DNA of 22,633 bases from Planctomycetales bacterium (GTDB lineage: Bacteria; 4484-113): positions 10,927-33,559 of the forward strand of contig JBBIJQ010000022.1 in assembly GCA_037445915.1 (NCBI GenBank). Reading direction: 5' to 3'. This document shows positions 1 through 7,106 of this stretch, piece after piece. Numbering within the stretch: the first letter of the stretch is position 1; each line of letters starts with the position of its first letter. The notes under the pieces were generated by a model. That model was not told the DNA's origin, did not search any database, and saw only the letters and a list, made by a program, of their open reading frames with translations. A program made the position numbers and the translations under genes.

Positions 1-1012
1 AGAAGTGCAGGTCGGCAAGCAGCGTCGCCGCGTATCCAGTCACCTTGCCGAGATAGTCCTTCAACTCCGCATACTTGAGCTTCGCGCCGGGAAGCACAAG
101 CTTGCATCCCCATGCGCGCTTGCCGTCAACTTCGCCGAAGCTTAGCTCAACGAATACGAACGGGCGCACGGTAAAGCTTCGCGACTTGGTGACTTCCGTA
201 ACCGCCTCGCCCTTCGCGCCGGGCGTGGTAAATGGCCCGCTTACTTGCTTGCTTTGTTCGCAGGCGAAGCTCATCCACGCGCAGGGGTTGAAGCGCCATC
301 CTATTCGCGTGACCTTTTGCCGCGCCTGCTGCTCCATCCCTACCGGCAGCACGAGCTTGCGCATGTCCAGCCTGCTCTTCACCTGCGAGTATCGCAGCCA
401 TGGCAAGCCCGCGAGGATGCCGATGGCGTCGCCTTCGCCGTTCACGAGCGATGATGCGAAGCTGGGCTGCGCCTGCCCCGGGGTGGGGATTGGCATTGAC
501 CCGCGCATAGGCGGGTAAAACTCGCGGCTGAATTTGCGAAGCGAGGTGCCAATGCTAAGCGGGTAGCACCCAACCGCATACGCCGCCGCGCTTTCCGCGC
601 CTTTCATGCGCTCGCGGGGGTAGGGGAATTCGCCTGGGGGCGGCGTTCTGTAATCCCAGCCGTGCTCGTCAATCAGCGTGAAGCCGTATGCGAAACGCCC
701 TATCGGCAGCGGGAAGATGATTGATTCAAAGTCGTTATCTAACTGGTCGGTTTCCAGCCCGCCACCTTCCTGCGAGCCGGGGAAGTGCCGCGCGCTGTGG
801 TTGTGCGCAAGCTGCGGCAGCAAGCTCATTGAAACGCAAGCGGGGTTGGCGAAAAACGCCGAGGGGCTTTCAGGAAGCGTGGTCAGCGTGAAAGCGCTGC
901 CGATGCCGTCGGCGGTGAGATACGGCCAGCCGGTGTATGTTTCGTCGGCTGCGGATGCGCGCAGGCTTAGCCCCAGCGCAAGCACTAGCGCAAACAGGAT
1001 GCTTCGCCTCAT
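1..1012 (-). CDS. Secreted putative outer-membrane beta-barrel protein (FadL/PorV-like N-terminus), 3' end runs off the window
   Basis: Translated by hand because it is absent from the ORF track. ATG at 1012 overlaps the tpiA stop (ATGA) and the frame is open to the window edge. It begins MRRSILFALVLALGLSLRASA-ADE (signal peptide), then GIGSAFT..LPESPSAFFANPA, resembling the GMGxAxxA..DxSAxxxNPA motif of FadL/PorV-type proteins. Confidence 0.7.
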   Translation of the reverse strand, partial: MRRSILFALVLALGLSLRASAADETYTGWPYLTADGIGSAFTLTTLPESPSAFFANPACVSMSLLPQLAHNHSARHFPGSQEGGGLETDQLDNDFESIIFPLPIGRFAYGFTLIDEHGWDYRTPPPGEFPYPRERMKGAESAAAYAVGCYPLSIGTSLRKFSREFYPPMRGSMPIPTPGQAQPSFASSLVNGEGDAIGILAGLPWLRYSQVKSRLDMRKLVLPVGMEQQARQKVTRIGWRFNPCAWMSFACEQSKQVSGPFTTPGAKGEAVTEVTKSRSFTVRPFVFVELSFGEVDGKRAWGCKLVLPGAKLKYAELKDYLGKVTGYAATLLADLHF

Positions 1013-1797
1013 AGCGCGGGCTTCGCCTCCTCCATTTCGCGGTATAGCGCGGCGAAGCTCTCGGCTTCTAGGCTCGCGCCCCCAACCAACGCGCCGCTAA
1101 TCTCGCGCGCAGTTACATACGCCGCAATGTTGCCCTGCTTTACCGAGCCGCCGTAAAGGATGGGAATCTCGCTCCCGCGCGCCTCGCCAACTAGCTCAAT
1201 GAGCCTCTCGCGGATAAAGATGCCCATCTCCTCAGCGTCCATGACCGTCGCATTTCGGCCGGTGCCGATAGCCCACACCGGCTCGTAGGCGACGGCAAGC
1301 CTGCGCTCGCTTATCTCGCCTGCGTTTTGCAGCGCCTTGGCAAGCTGGCTGGCGACTACTTCCTGCGCCTGCATCTCCTCGCGCTCCTCTTCGGTCTCGC
1401 CAACGCATAGGATAGCGAGCATCCCCGCGTTCATCACCGCGCGCAGCTTCGCCGCGACAAGCTCGTCGTCCTCGCCGATGGCATGCCGCCGCTCTGAATG
1501 CCCTACTAGCACTGCCGTGCCGCCTGCGTCTTTAATCTGCGGAATCGCGACTTCGCCGGTGAATGCGCCAGAAGGCTCAAAGTGGCAGTCCTGCGCGCCC
1601 ACCCGCGCCGTCAGGTCCCGCGCTGCGACCGCGACAGTATGCAGGGCGATGAACGAAGGGAAAATAATGACGTGGATATCCCCCGCCCCCGGCTTGGCAA
1701 GGCCGGGGATTAACTCGGCGAGCTTGGCGACGAACTCCTGGCTCTCCGTGAGCGTCTTGTTCATCTTCCAATTCGCGGCAAGTATCTGCTTAGGCAT
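1009..1797 (-). CDS. tpiA: Triosephosphate isomerase
   Basis: Motifs ANWKMNK, GAFTGE, GHSERR, AYEPVWAIGTG, LYGGSV, LVGGASL. Start placed at ATG 1797 (MPKQILAANWK); ATG 1806 is also possible, and the track start at 1875 is too far upstream. Confidence 0.98.
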   Translation of the reverse strand: MPKQILAANWKMNKTLTESQEFVAKLAELIPGLAKPGAGDIHVIIFPSFIALHTVAVAARDLTARVGAQDCHFEPSGAFTGEVAIPQIKDAGGTAVLVGHSERRHAIGEDDELVAAKLRAVMNAGMLAILCVGETEEEREEMQAQEVVASQLAKALQNAGEISERRLAVAYEPVWAIGTGRNATVMDAEEMGIFIRERLIELVGEARGSEIPILYGGSVKQGNIAAYVTAREISGALVGGASLEAESFAALYREMEEAKPAL

Positions 1798-1864
1798 GTT
1801 CCCCATCCTGCCGGTAAAAAGTGATTGCGCTTGCTCCCCGCGCGGAATCCATCCGGCGTGAAGG

Positions 1865-1874
1865 TATAATATCA
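1865..1874. promoter_or_regulatory. Probable bidirectional sigma70-type -10 element between tpiA and the 1900 gene
   Basis: TATAAT at 1865-1870 (+) overlaps TGA-TATTAT (1874-1866) on the minus strand. A GGAGGG ribosome-binding site at 1888-1893 precedes ATG 1900. Confidence 0.55.
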
Positions 1875-1899
1875 CACGAACTTACCTGGAGGGCTGGCA

Positions 1900-2148
1900 A
1901 TGAGGCTTGTGGACAAATACCGCAGCGAAGGCGTAACCGTGAACATAACCGGCAACGGCGGGACGCACTACAACAGCGTGCGCATCGTGGAAGCCTACGA
2001 CGACTTCATCGTCGTGGAGCCGGTGGCCGGCGCCGAGCGCGCGGGCGGCGCGTTTCGCGGCGACAACGCCAACATCAATATCTGCACCATTACCCGCCTT
2101 GAAGTCGCCGGCGTTGAGCAGACGCTACGGGCGAAGCTAAAGCTGTAG
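1900..2148 (+). CDS. Small hypothetical protein, probable Sm-like (Hfq/LSm) fold
   Basis: 82 aa with its own -10 and SD. The pattern LVDKYRSEGVTVNI..GG......IVEAYDDFIVV...INICTITRLEV parallels the helix-Sm1-Sm2 layout of Hfq. The CDS is well supported; the fold is inferred. Confidence 0.65.
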   Translation: MRLVDKYRSEGVTVNITGNGGTHYNSVRIVEAYDDFIVVEPVAGAERAGGAFRGDNANINICTITRLEVAGVEQTLRAKLKL

Positions 2149-2174
2149 ATGGGAAAGCCGTTATTAATCAACCA

Positions 2175-2244
2175 GGATGGATTCGGGACTTTCTAGTCCC
2201 GAATCTGGATTCCGGAACGCGACTGGAAAGTCGCGTCCCCATCC
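2175..2244. repeat. Inverted REP doublet (REPIN-like), possibly also a bidirectional terminator
   Basis: GGATGG-ATTCGGGACT-TTCT-AGTCCCGAAT (2175-2204) and, on the opposite strand, GGATGG-GGACGCGACT-TTCC-AGTCGCGTT (2244-2216). Both hairpins share the GGATGG leader and the GACT-TTCY-AGTC core, and lie between convergent genes. Confidence 0.75.
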
Positions 2245-2270
2245 ATCATAGTTGCTTACAACAAAAGGTT

Positions 2271-2300
2271 AGTACGCCGGGCTAACCAGCCCGGCTCTGG
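2271..2300 (+). repeat. Left copy of 30-bp inverted repeat (REP-like hairpin)
   Basis: AGTACGCCGGGCTAACCAGCCCGGCTCTGG, with internal stem GCCGGGCT-AACC-AGCCCGGC. It is the exact reverse complement of 2926-2955. Confidence 0.92.
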
Positions 2301-2304
2301 TATC

Positions 2305-2898
2305 TCACTGCGCCAGCTGTCCAATCCTCAAGAACGCTAATAACACCAACAACGGGCAAAGGGGAATTACACATATTAGCGAAGTATAGATGAGACCAAT
2401 GCGCCATGCTGTTTTTCGCCTAAATTTCCGCCCGAAGAACGCAATGAATAGGATTGGAATAATTACCACCGCCCCAGCGAAGCCGAAGACTATATCTTTC
2501 AACCCAAACTCGTATCCAGAAGGCAGCATGATCTGTCCGATGTTCATCACAGCTTCCATCGGCGTAATCGTCCTGTTGTAAGGATCGGTAACCATTTTTG
2601 GGTTAAGCGTGGCGTTTGATATCCCGAGAGGAAAATCAGCGCAGAAGATAACTCCGATAAGCCCTGCAATAACTACCCGCGATGACGATGAGCCTAAGAG
2701 CTTTCCGAAGTAGCCGGGCGCTGCCCAAACGGCGAACAAGATGCAGCCGAAAGCGTAGATTTGCATGAAATGTCTTGCCTGCAGTTCTGGAAACGGCGTC
2801 TCGTCTGAGTTTACCAGCAGGCGAAATGATACAAGTAGGAATACTACTAATAAGAGCTAGAAGTAGCTCACAGCAAACGGCTTTTTAGTGCTTGCCAC
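2305..2898 (-). pseudogene. Multi-pass membrane protein interrupted by an in-frame TAG at codon 14 (residual ORF 2305..2766)
   Basis: From GTG 2898 the frame reads MASTKKPFAVSYF*LLLVVFLLVSFRLLVNSDETPFPELQARHF and joins the tracked MQIYAFG... ORF. The TAG (2859-2857) lies at the start of a hydrophobic helix. An extended -10 (TGT-TAGAAT, 2913-2905) sits 6 nt before the GTG. The gene is visibly AT-richer than its flanks. Confidence 0.6.
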
Positions 2899-2925
2899 GC
2901 GGGGATTCTAACATAAGAACGAGTC

Positions 2926-2955
2926 CCAGAGCCGGGCTGGTTAGCCCGGCGTACT
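2926..2955 (-). repeat. Right copy of 30-bp inverted repeat (REP-like hairpin)
   Basis: CCAGAGCCGGGCTGGTTAGCCCGGCGTACT is the exact reverse complement of 2271-2300. Confidence 0.92.
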
Positions 2956-2992
2956 CCTAACGTTTCCCTGCCGATTGCTATCTGCCCCTTCC

Positions 2993-4405
2993 CTACTTGC
3001 TCCCGTATTTCTTCAAGTCGTCTTCGGTGATGCGGCGAGCGCCGATGAAGCGGCGCTTGTAGTAGCCTTCGGAAAGCGAGTTCACCTGCACCTTCCCGCC
3101 CGCGCTTGACGCATGCACGAAGTTGCCGTCGCCCAAATAAACCCCGACATGGCTGGGACCTTGCTTGTAGGTCGTGAAGAACACAAGGTCGCCTGCTCGC
3201 AAGTCTTCCTTATCCACTTCCGCACCCATCTGGTAATACTGCTCGCTTGCGCGGCGCGGAAGGTTGCTCATTCCGAACTGGCTGCGCAGCAAATAGTAAA
3301 CGAAGCCGCTGCAATCAAAGCCGCTGGGGCTCTCCCCGCCCCAGGAATAGCGAACTCCGCGCAGGTCCATCCCGCGCGAAACGAGCTTCTCGCCGATGCC
3401 GCGCGGCGCTTCTGCGTGGAACTGCTGCACAGGCACGAGGTATTCGCTGTAAATCCAGCCCTGCTTGCCTTCGTGAACCACGAGCGACCATTTCTCGTCG
3501 CGGCCAAGCGCTTTGACTTCAGCGCCGGTGTTAAGCTGCGTGATGATATCCGCGTCAACGTTGGGCGTCTTGCGGAAATTGACTTCATCAGCAGCGACTT
3601 TATAACGCGGCATCTCAGCCTGGACGACCTTGCAGTAATCCTTGCTGACCCAGCCTTCAATGCCTTTGGTCGGGGATATGATGCGGTGGAACTTGCCCTC
3701 TTCACCCAGGCGCACGAAGCGCGCGCCTTTGCCGACCTTGGCGACAACTTTCGCCTTGGTGTTGGGCTCGGCGCGCATGTTCACGTTGTCGCCGGTAATG
3801 ACGACTTCTTTGAGCTGCGCCAGGAAGCTGCCGAAAACAAAGCCCTTGATCTTCTTCGCGGGAATGCTGACGTAATACCAGGGGCCTGATATGGAAACGA
3901 GATATACCCGGTCGCCTTCTTTGAGCGTGGCGAGTGACTTGGATTTCAGGTCAGGCTTCTCGCGGACGTTCACGTCGTCGGCGCAGACAACCGCCAACGG
4001 CGCCTTTTCAGGCTTGTATTCCTTGGCGTGGCTGGGGTCAAGCTCCGGCACCCGGTCCGGCTGCGCTTGCTTGTTCTGAGGCTTTCCCTTGTCGTCTGCC
4101 GCGCCGACCCGTTGGGAGCTAATGCCGTCTTTGCGCTCCCCAAGGCGAGGGCTGACAATCCATCCGGAGCTATCCTCCAGCGGAATGGCGACATAGACGC
4201 CGCCGCTGCGCGCGCTGACAACCGCCTGTGAGACATCCAGCGCAAGAGTGGTCACAGCGGTTGCCGACTCGCGGGCGGGCGGCTGGGCCGGTTCGGGGAC
4301 GCGGGGCGAGTCGGCAGGCTGTCCCGCTTTGGCTGCGGGGCTGCCTAGGAGGCTGGCGAGGATGAACCCCGCCAATAGCAAGGCTAATGTCCGGCTTTGT
4401 TGCAT
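2993..4405 (-). CDS. Secreted peptidoglycan endopeptidase, 3x SH3b + NlpC/P60 (C40 peptidase)
   Basis: Signal peptide, then three SH3b repeats (DDVNVREKP, DNVNMRAEP, DEVNFRKTP, each with a closing GF/GW strand). The catalytic domain has YSWGG, GFDCSGF, GDLVFF, SHVGVYLG and FVHASS. Confidence 0.95.
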   Translation of the reverse strand: MQQSRTLALLLAGFILASLLGSPAAKAGQPADSPRVPEPAQPPARESATAVTTLALDVSQAVVSARSGGVYVAIPLEDSSGWIVSPRLGERKDGISSQRVGAADDKGKPQNKQAQPDRVPELDPSHAKEYKPEKAPLAVVCADDVNVREKPDLKSKSLATLKEGDRVYLVSISGPWYYVSIPAKKIKGFVFGSFLAQLKEVVITGDNVNMRAEPNTKAKVVAKVGKGARFVRLGEEGKFHRIISPTKGIEGWVSKDYCKVVQAEMPRYKVAADEVNFRKTPNVDADIITQLNTGAEVKALGRDEKWSLVVHEGKQGWIYSEYLVPVQQFHAEAPRGIGEKLVSRGMDLRGVRYSWGGESPSGFDCSGFVYYLLRSQFGMSNLPRRASEQYYQMGAEVDKEDLRAGDLVFFTTYKQGPSHVGVYLGDGNFVHASSAGGKVQVNSLSEGYYKRRFIGARRITEDDLKKYGSK

Positions 4406-4448
4406 CGGGCGTTTACCCCTTCAAGGGTTGGCTATCGGGGGGACGGCT

Positions 4449-4457
4449 ATTCTAGCA
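4449..4457 (-). promoter_or_regulatory. Extended -10 promoter for the NlpC/P60 gene
   Basis: TGC-TAGAAT on the minus strand, 43 nt upstream of ATG 4405, with an AAGGGG SD-like element in the leader. Confidence 0.5.
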
Positions 4458-4619
4458 GACCCCGCTTTATTGGGCAAATAGGGCTCTACCAGCCCGGCGG
4501 AGCGTCCGAGTCACTAGAACCCTGATACTTGTTGGACGCGAACCCAAGTCGGAATGTTCATCATGGCATGAGTAGCGCTGTAATAGAGGCTTCATCTGAA
4601 AAACGCAGCGAAAAGCGCT

Positions 4620-4935
4620 TTTTACAGGTATAGAGATGCTTTCAACATCTCGTGTTCATTACCTGTTTAGGGCGGTTGAAATACTGCGTTCACATTGCCG
4701 CAAGCAGGTAGATAACCTTTACCCCCATTGCTGATAACTTCGTCCAGAGCCTTCATCCTGCCCTGCCACTTGCCTAAGCCTAACTGATTACTACCGTTTC
4801 TCCTTCCGTTATCCCCTTTCAACAAAGCCCTCGCCTTCCACCTGTGCCTATCTAGTAGCCTTACCGCTCAATCTCCACTTATCCACCTTTTCAACACCCC
4901 TACTACTACGACTTCTGGTTATGTATATATATTCA
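4620..4935. other. Candidate chromosomal replication origin (oriC): DnaA-box cluster + DnaA-trios + AT-rich tract
   Basis: Tandem boxes TTATCCACC (4879-4887) and TTTTCAACA (4888-4896), then CCCC, the trio run TAC TAC TAC GAC TTC (4901-4915) and TTATGTATATATATT. Further degenerate boxes: 4639-4647 CTTTCAACA, 4707-4715 (rc TTATCTACC), 4719-4727 TTACCCCCA, 4729-4737 (rc TTATCAGCA), 4809-4824 TTATCCCCT/TTCAACA. The region is non-coding and AT-richer than its flanks. Confidence 0.82.
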
Positions 4936-4971
4936 GAACAAACAGCCCAAACCCATACGCAAACCAACGCT

Positions 4972-5796
4972 TTAGCCGATGAAGTCAACTTTCGCCTTGA
5001 GACTGTCAGGATAGCCGCGTTCCAGGAACAACTGAACCGCATGCTTACCCAAGTCTCCTAGATCCAGAGTGTAGTCGTTTACATACATGCCGACAAAGGT
5101 ATCAGCTTTCCCGCGCTCCAAGCCCCGCCCGAATGAAAGCGCGTAATCCAACGCTTCCTGCCTATGGTCAAGTGAATACGCGATGGTAGCTTTCAAGATG
5201 CGTGCCAGTTCAAGCTTCAGGTTCTCCGGCATGTCCCGCCTCACTGCGTTCACGCCAAGCGGCAAAGGCAAGCCAGTTTCCCGCTTCCACCACACGCCGA
5301 GATCTTCCACCAGATGCAGGCCTTCGGCGGCATAGGTTAGCTGCCCTTCGTGGATAAGCACTCCTGCCGCGGAATCCCCCGCCAGCACGCGCTTGCCGAT
5401 GTCCTCAAAATACACAGCTTCCACCAGCGGCTCATCTGGCTGCATGTAGAGGCGAAGGGCGAGATACGCGCTGGTGAGCTTGCCGGGGATGGCGATGCGC
5501 GCGCCTGCCAGCTCCCCCCGCGCCATTGGCTTCGCGCTGACGATGATGGGGCCGTAGCCGTCGCCCATGCTCGCGCCGCTCGTCAGGAGCTGGTACTTGT
5601 CAGCGAGCGACGGGTATGCGGCAACGGACAGCGCGGTAATGTCATACGTCTCTGCCTGCGCCTCGGCGTTCAAAGTCTGAATGTCTTTCAAGATATGCGT
5701 GAAGCTAAGGCTACCGGTGTCAACGTAGCCGGAAGCCAGGGCGTAAAACATGAACGCATCGTCGGCGTCAGGGCTGTGTGCAAGCGTGATTTCCAC
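4972..5796 (-). CDS. mqnD: 1,4-dihydroxy-6-naphthoate synthase (futalosine menaquinone pathway)
   Basis: Motifs LAHSPDADDAFMFYAL, GYGP, IPGKLTSA, LIHEGQLTY, LPLPLG, MYVNDYT; GTG start. Confidence 0.9.
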   Translation of the reverse strand: MEITLAHSPDADDAFMFYALASGYVDTGSLSFTHILKDIQTLNAEAQAETYDITALSVAAYPSLADKYQLLTSGASMGDGYGPIIVSAKPMARGELAGARIAIPGKLTSAYLALRLYMQPDEPLVEAVYFEDIGKRVLAGDSAAGVLIHEGQLTYAAEGLHLVEDLGVWWKRETGLPLPLGVNAVRRDMPENLKLELARILKATIAYSLDHRQEALDYALSFGRGLERGKADTFVGMYVNDYTLDLGDLGKHAVQLFLERGYPDSLKAKVDFIG

Positions 5797-5846
5797 GCGG
5801 CGATTATAGCGCGGAAGCGAAGAAGTGATGGTAAAATGTCCTCACT
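5797..5846. promoter_or_regulatory. Compact divergent promoter pair for near-leaderless mqnD and leuC-like transcripts
   Basis: Minus-strand TATAAT (5808-5803) lies 6 nt before the mqnD GTG. Plus-strand TGG-TAAAAT (5829-5837) lies 9 nt before ATG 5847. Neither gene has an SD. Confidence 0.65.
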
Positions 5847-7106
5847 ATGGGGAAGACTATCATTGAAAAAATCGTTTCCGCCAAGTCCGGCGCGGAAGCG
5901 CATGCGGGAGATGTCGCCTGGATAACGCAGGATTACGTGACCGCCCGCGATTTCGGCGGCGCCAGCGTGGTGGGGAATTTCCGCGAAGCTTTTGGCGTGG
6001 ATGCGCAGGTCTTTGACCCAGCGCGCGTGTTCTTTACCCTGGACTGCAACGCCCCTGCCAACACTGTGGGCTACGCCACAAACCAGCAAATCTGCCGCGA
6101 CTTCGCCCGCGCGATGGGCCTTAAGGTTTACGACGTGGACGCTGGCATCGGAAGCCACCTGCTCATTGAAATGGGCCTCGCGCTCCCCGGCTCCACCGCT
6201 ATCGGCACCGACAGTCACTATAACATCCTCGGCGCGGTTGGCTCGTTCGGGCAGGGCATGGGCGACCTTGACGTGGCATACGGCTTCAAGCACGGCCGCG
6301 TTTGGTTTGACGTGCCGCACACAATCCGCGTGAACGTGAAGGGCAAGCTGATGTCCCACGCTTCGGCCAAAGACCTGACGCTCGCGGTTGTGAAACATTT
6401 CGGCAGCGACGGGCTCATCGGAAAGTGCGCCGAGTTCTACGGCGACGTCATTGACGCGCTGGACGTCCCTGGGCGCATAACGCTGGCGAGCATGGCGACC
6501 GAGATGAGCGCGGTGAGCATTTTTATCCCGCCCAACGACGCGGTTGTGAAGTGGCTGGCGCGGCGCACCGTCGGCAAGGTGGATAACGTCCAGGCCGATG
6601 CTGACGCGAAATACGCCGAAGAAGTGACCATTGAGCTGGGCGACATTGAGCCGATGATAGCCTGCCCGTTCTCGCCGGACAACGTGCGCACGGTGCGCGA
6701 AGTCGCCGAGGAAGGCGTGCGCATTGACAGCGGCTTCATCGGAAGCTGCACCAACGGGCGCGCCGAGGACTTCGCTTCCGCATACGCGCAGCTTGAAGGC
6801 GGCAATGTCGCAGAGCGAGTGACGCTGAAGCTCGTGCCTGCGACGCGCGAAGTTTACGCCGAGATGCTCTTCGGCGGGCTGCTGGAGAAGCTTTTCAGCG
6901 TGGGCGCGCTGGTGCACAACCAGGGCTGCGGCGGATGCGCTGCGGGGCAGGTCGGCATGACCGGCGAAGGCGAGGTGCAGGTGAGCACTTCCAACCGCAA
7001 CTTCCGTGGCAAGCAGGGCGCGGGCAGGACATATCTCGCCAGCCCGGCGACGGTCGCCGCCAGCGTGCGCGCGGGCCGCATCGCCGTTCCCGAGGTGATT
7101 AAATGA
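5847..7106 (+). CDS. Aconitase-family (LeuC/HacA/DmdA-type) dehydratase large subunit, divergent active site
   Basis: MGKTIIEKI start, GTDSH, GSCTNGR, GCGGC (three [4Fe-4S] Cys), STSNRNFRGKQG, YLASP. It has atypical ARDFGG, LDCN and GIGSH motifs. Confidence 0.92.
   Translation: MGKTIIEKIVSAKSGAEAHAGDVAWITQDYVTARDFGGASVVGNFREAFGVDAQVFDPARVFFTLDCNAPANTVGYATNQQICRDFARAMGLKVYDVDAGIGSHLLIEMGLALPGSTAIGTDSHYNILGAVGSFGQGMGDLDVAYGFKHGRVWFDVPHTIRVNVKGKLMSHASAKDLTLAVVKHFGSDGLIGKCAEFYGDVIDALDVPGRITLASMATEMSAVSIFIPPNDAVVKWLARRTVGKVDNVQADADAKYAEEVTIELGDIEPMIACPFSPDNVRTVREVAEEGVRIDSGFIGSCTNGRAEDFASAYAQLEGGNVAERVTLKLVPATREVYAEMLFGGLLEKLFSVGALVHNQGCGGCAAGQVGMTGEGEVQVSTSNRNFRGKQGAGRTYLASPATVAASVRAGRIAVPEVIK

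Noticed and set aside
2857-2859. Amber recoding (pyrrolysine or an alternative genetic code)
   Set aside because: TAG is the evident terminator of several intact genes here (2148, 2993, 7618, 8853, 9397), and no pyl genes are visible.
2175-2961. Integron attC cassette or CRISPR interpretation of the hairpins
   Set aside because: The repeats are inverted rather than direct, there is no spacer array, no proper RYYYAAC...GTTRRRY pair follows the stop, and no integrase or cas gene is present.
4481-4498. GGGCTCTACCAGCCCGGC as a third copy of the 30-bp repeat
   Set aside because: Only about 11 contiguous nt match and the stem is incomplete; this could be chance in GC-rich DNA.
4611-4622. Perfect palindrome AAAAGCGCTTTT as a LacI/CcpA-type operator
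   Set aside because: It is short, lacks the flanking TG...CA, is far from the candidate promoter, and no cognate regulator is in the window.
4848-5042. 64-aa ORF across the origin-like region
   Set aside because: It overlaps the mqnD end and the DnaA-box/trio element, with no RBS or coding-like composition.
5688-6917. Long 409-aa minus-strand ORF, and similar antisense or alternate-frame ORFs (3113-3889, 9512-10357, 10373-11341, 13211-14059, 14113-14913, 14907-16106, 15893-16990, 20169-21269, 21439-22221)
   Set aside because: They lie opposite well-supported genes, have no recognisable motifs, and are the expected shadow ORFs of GC-rich coding DNA.
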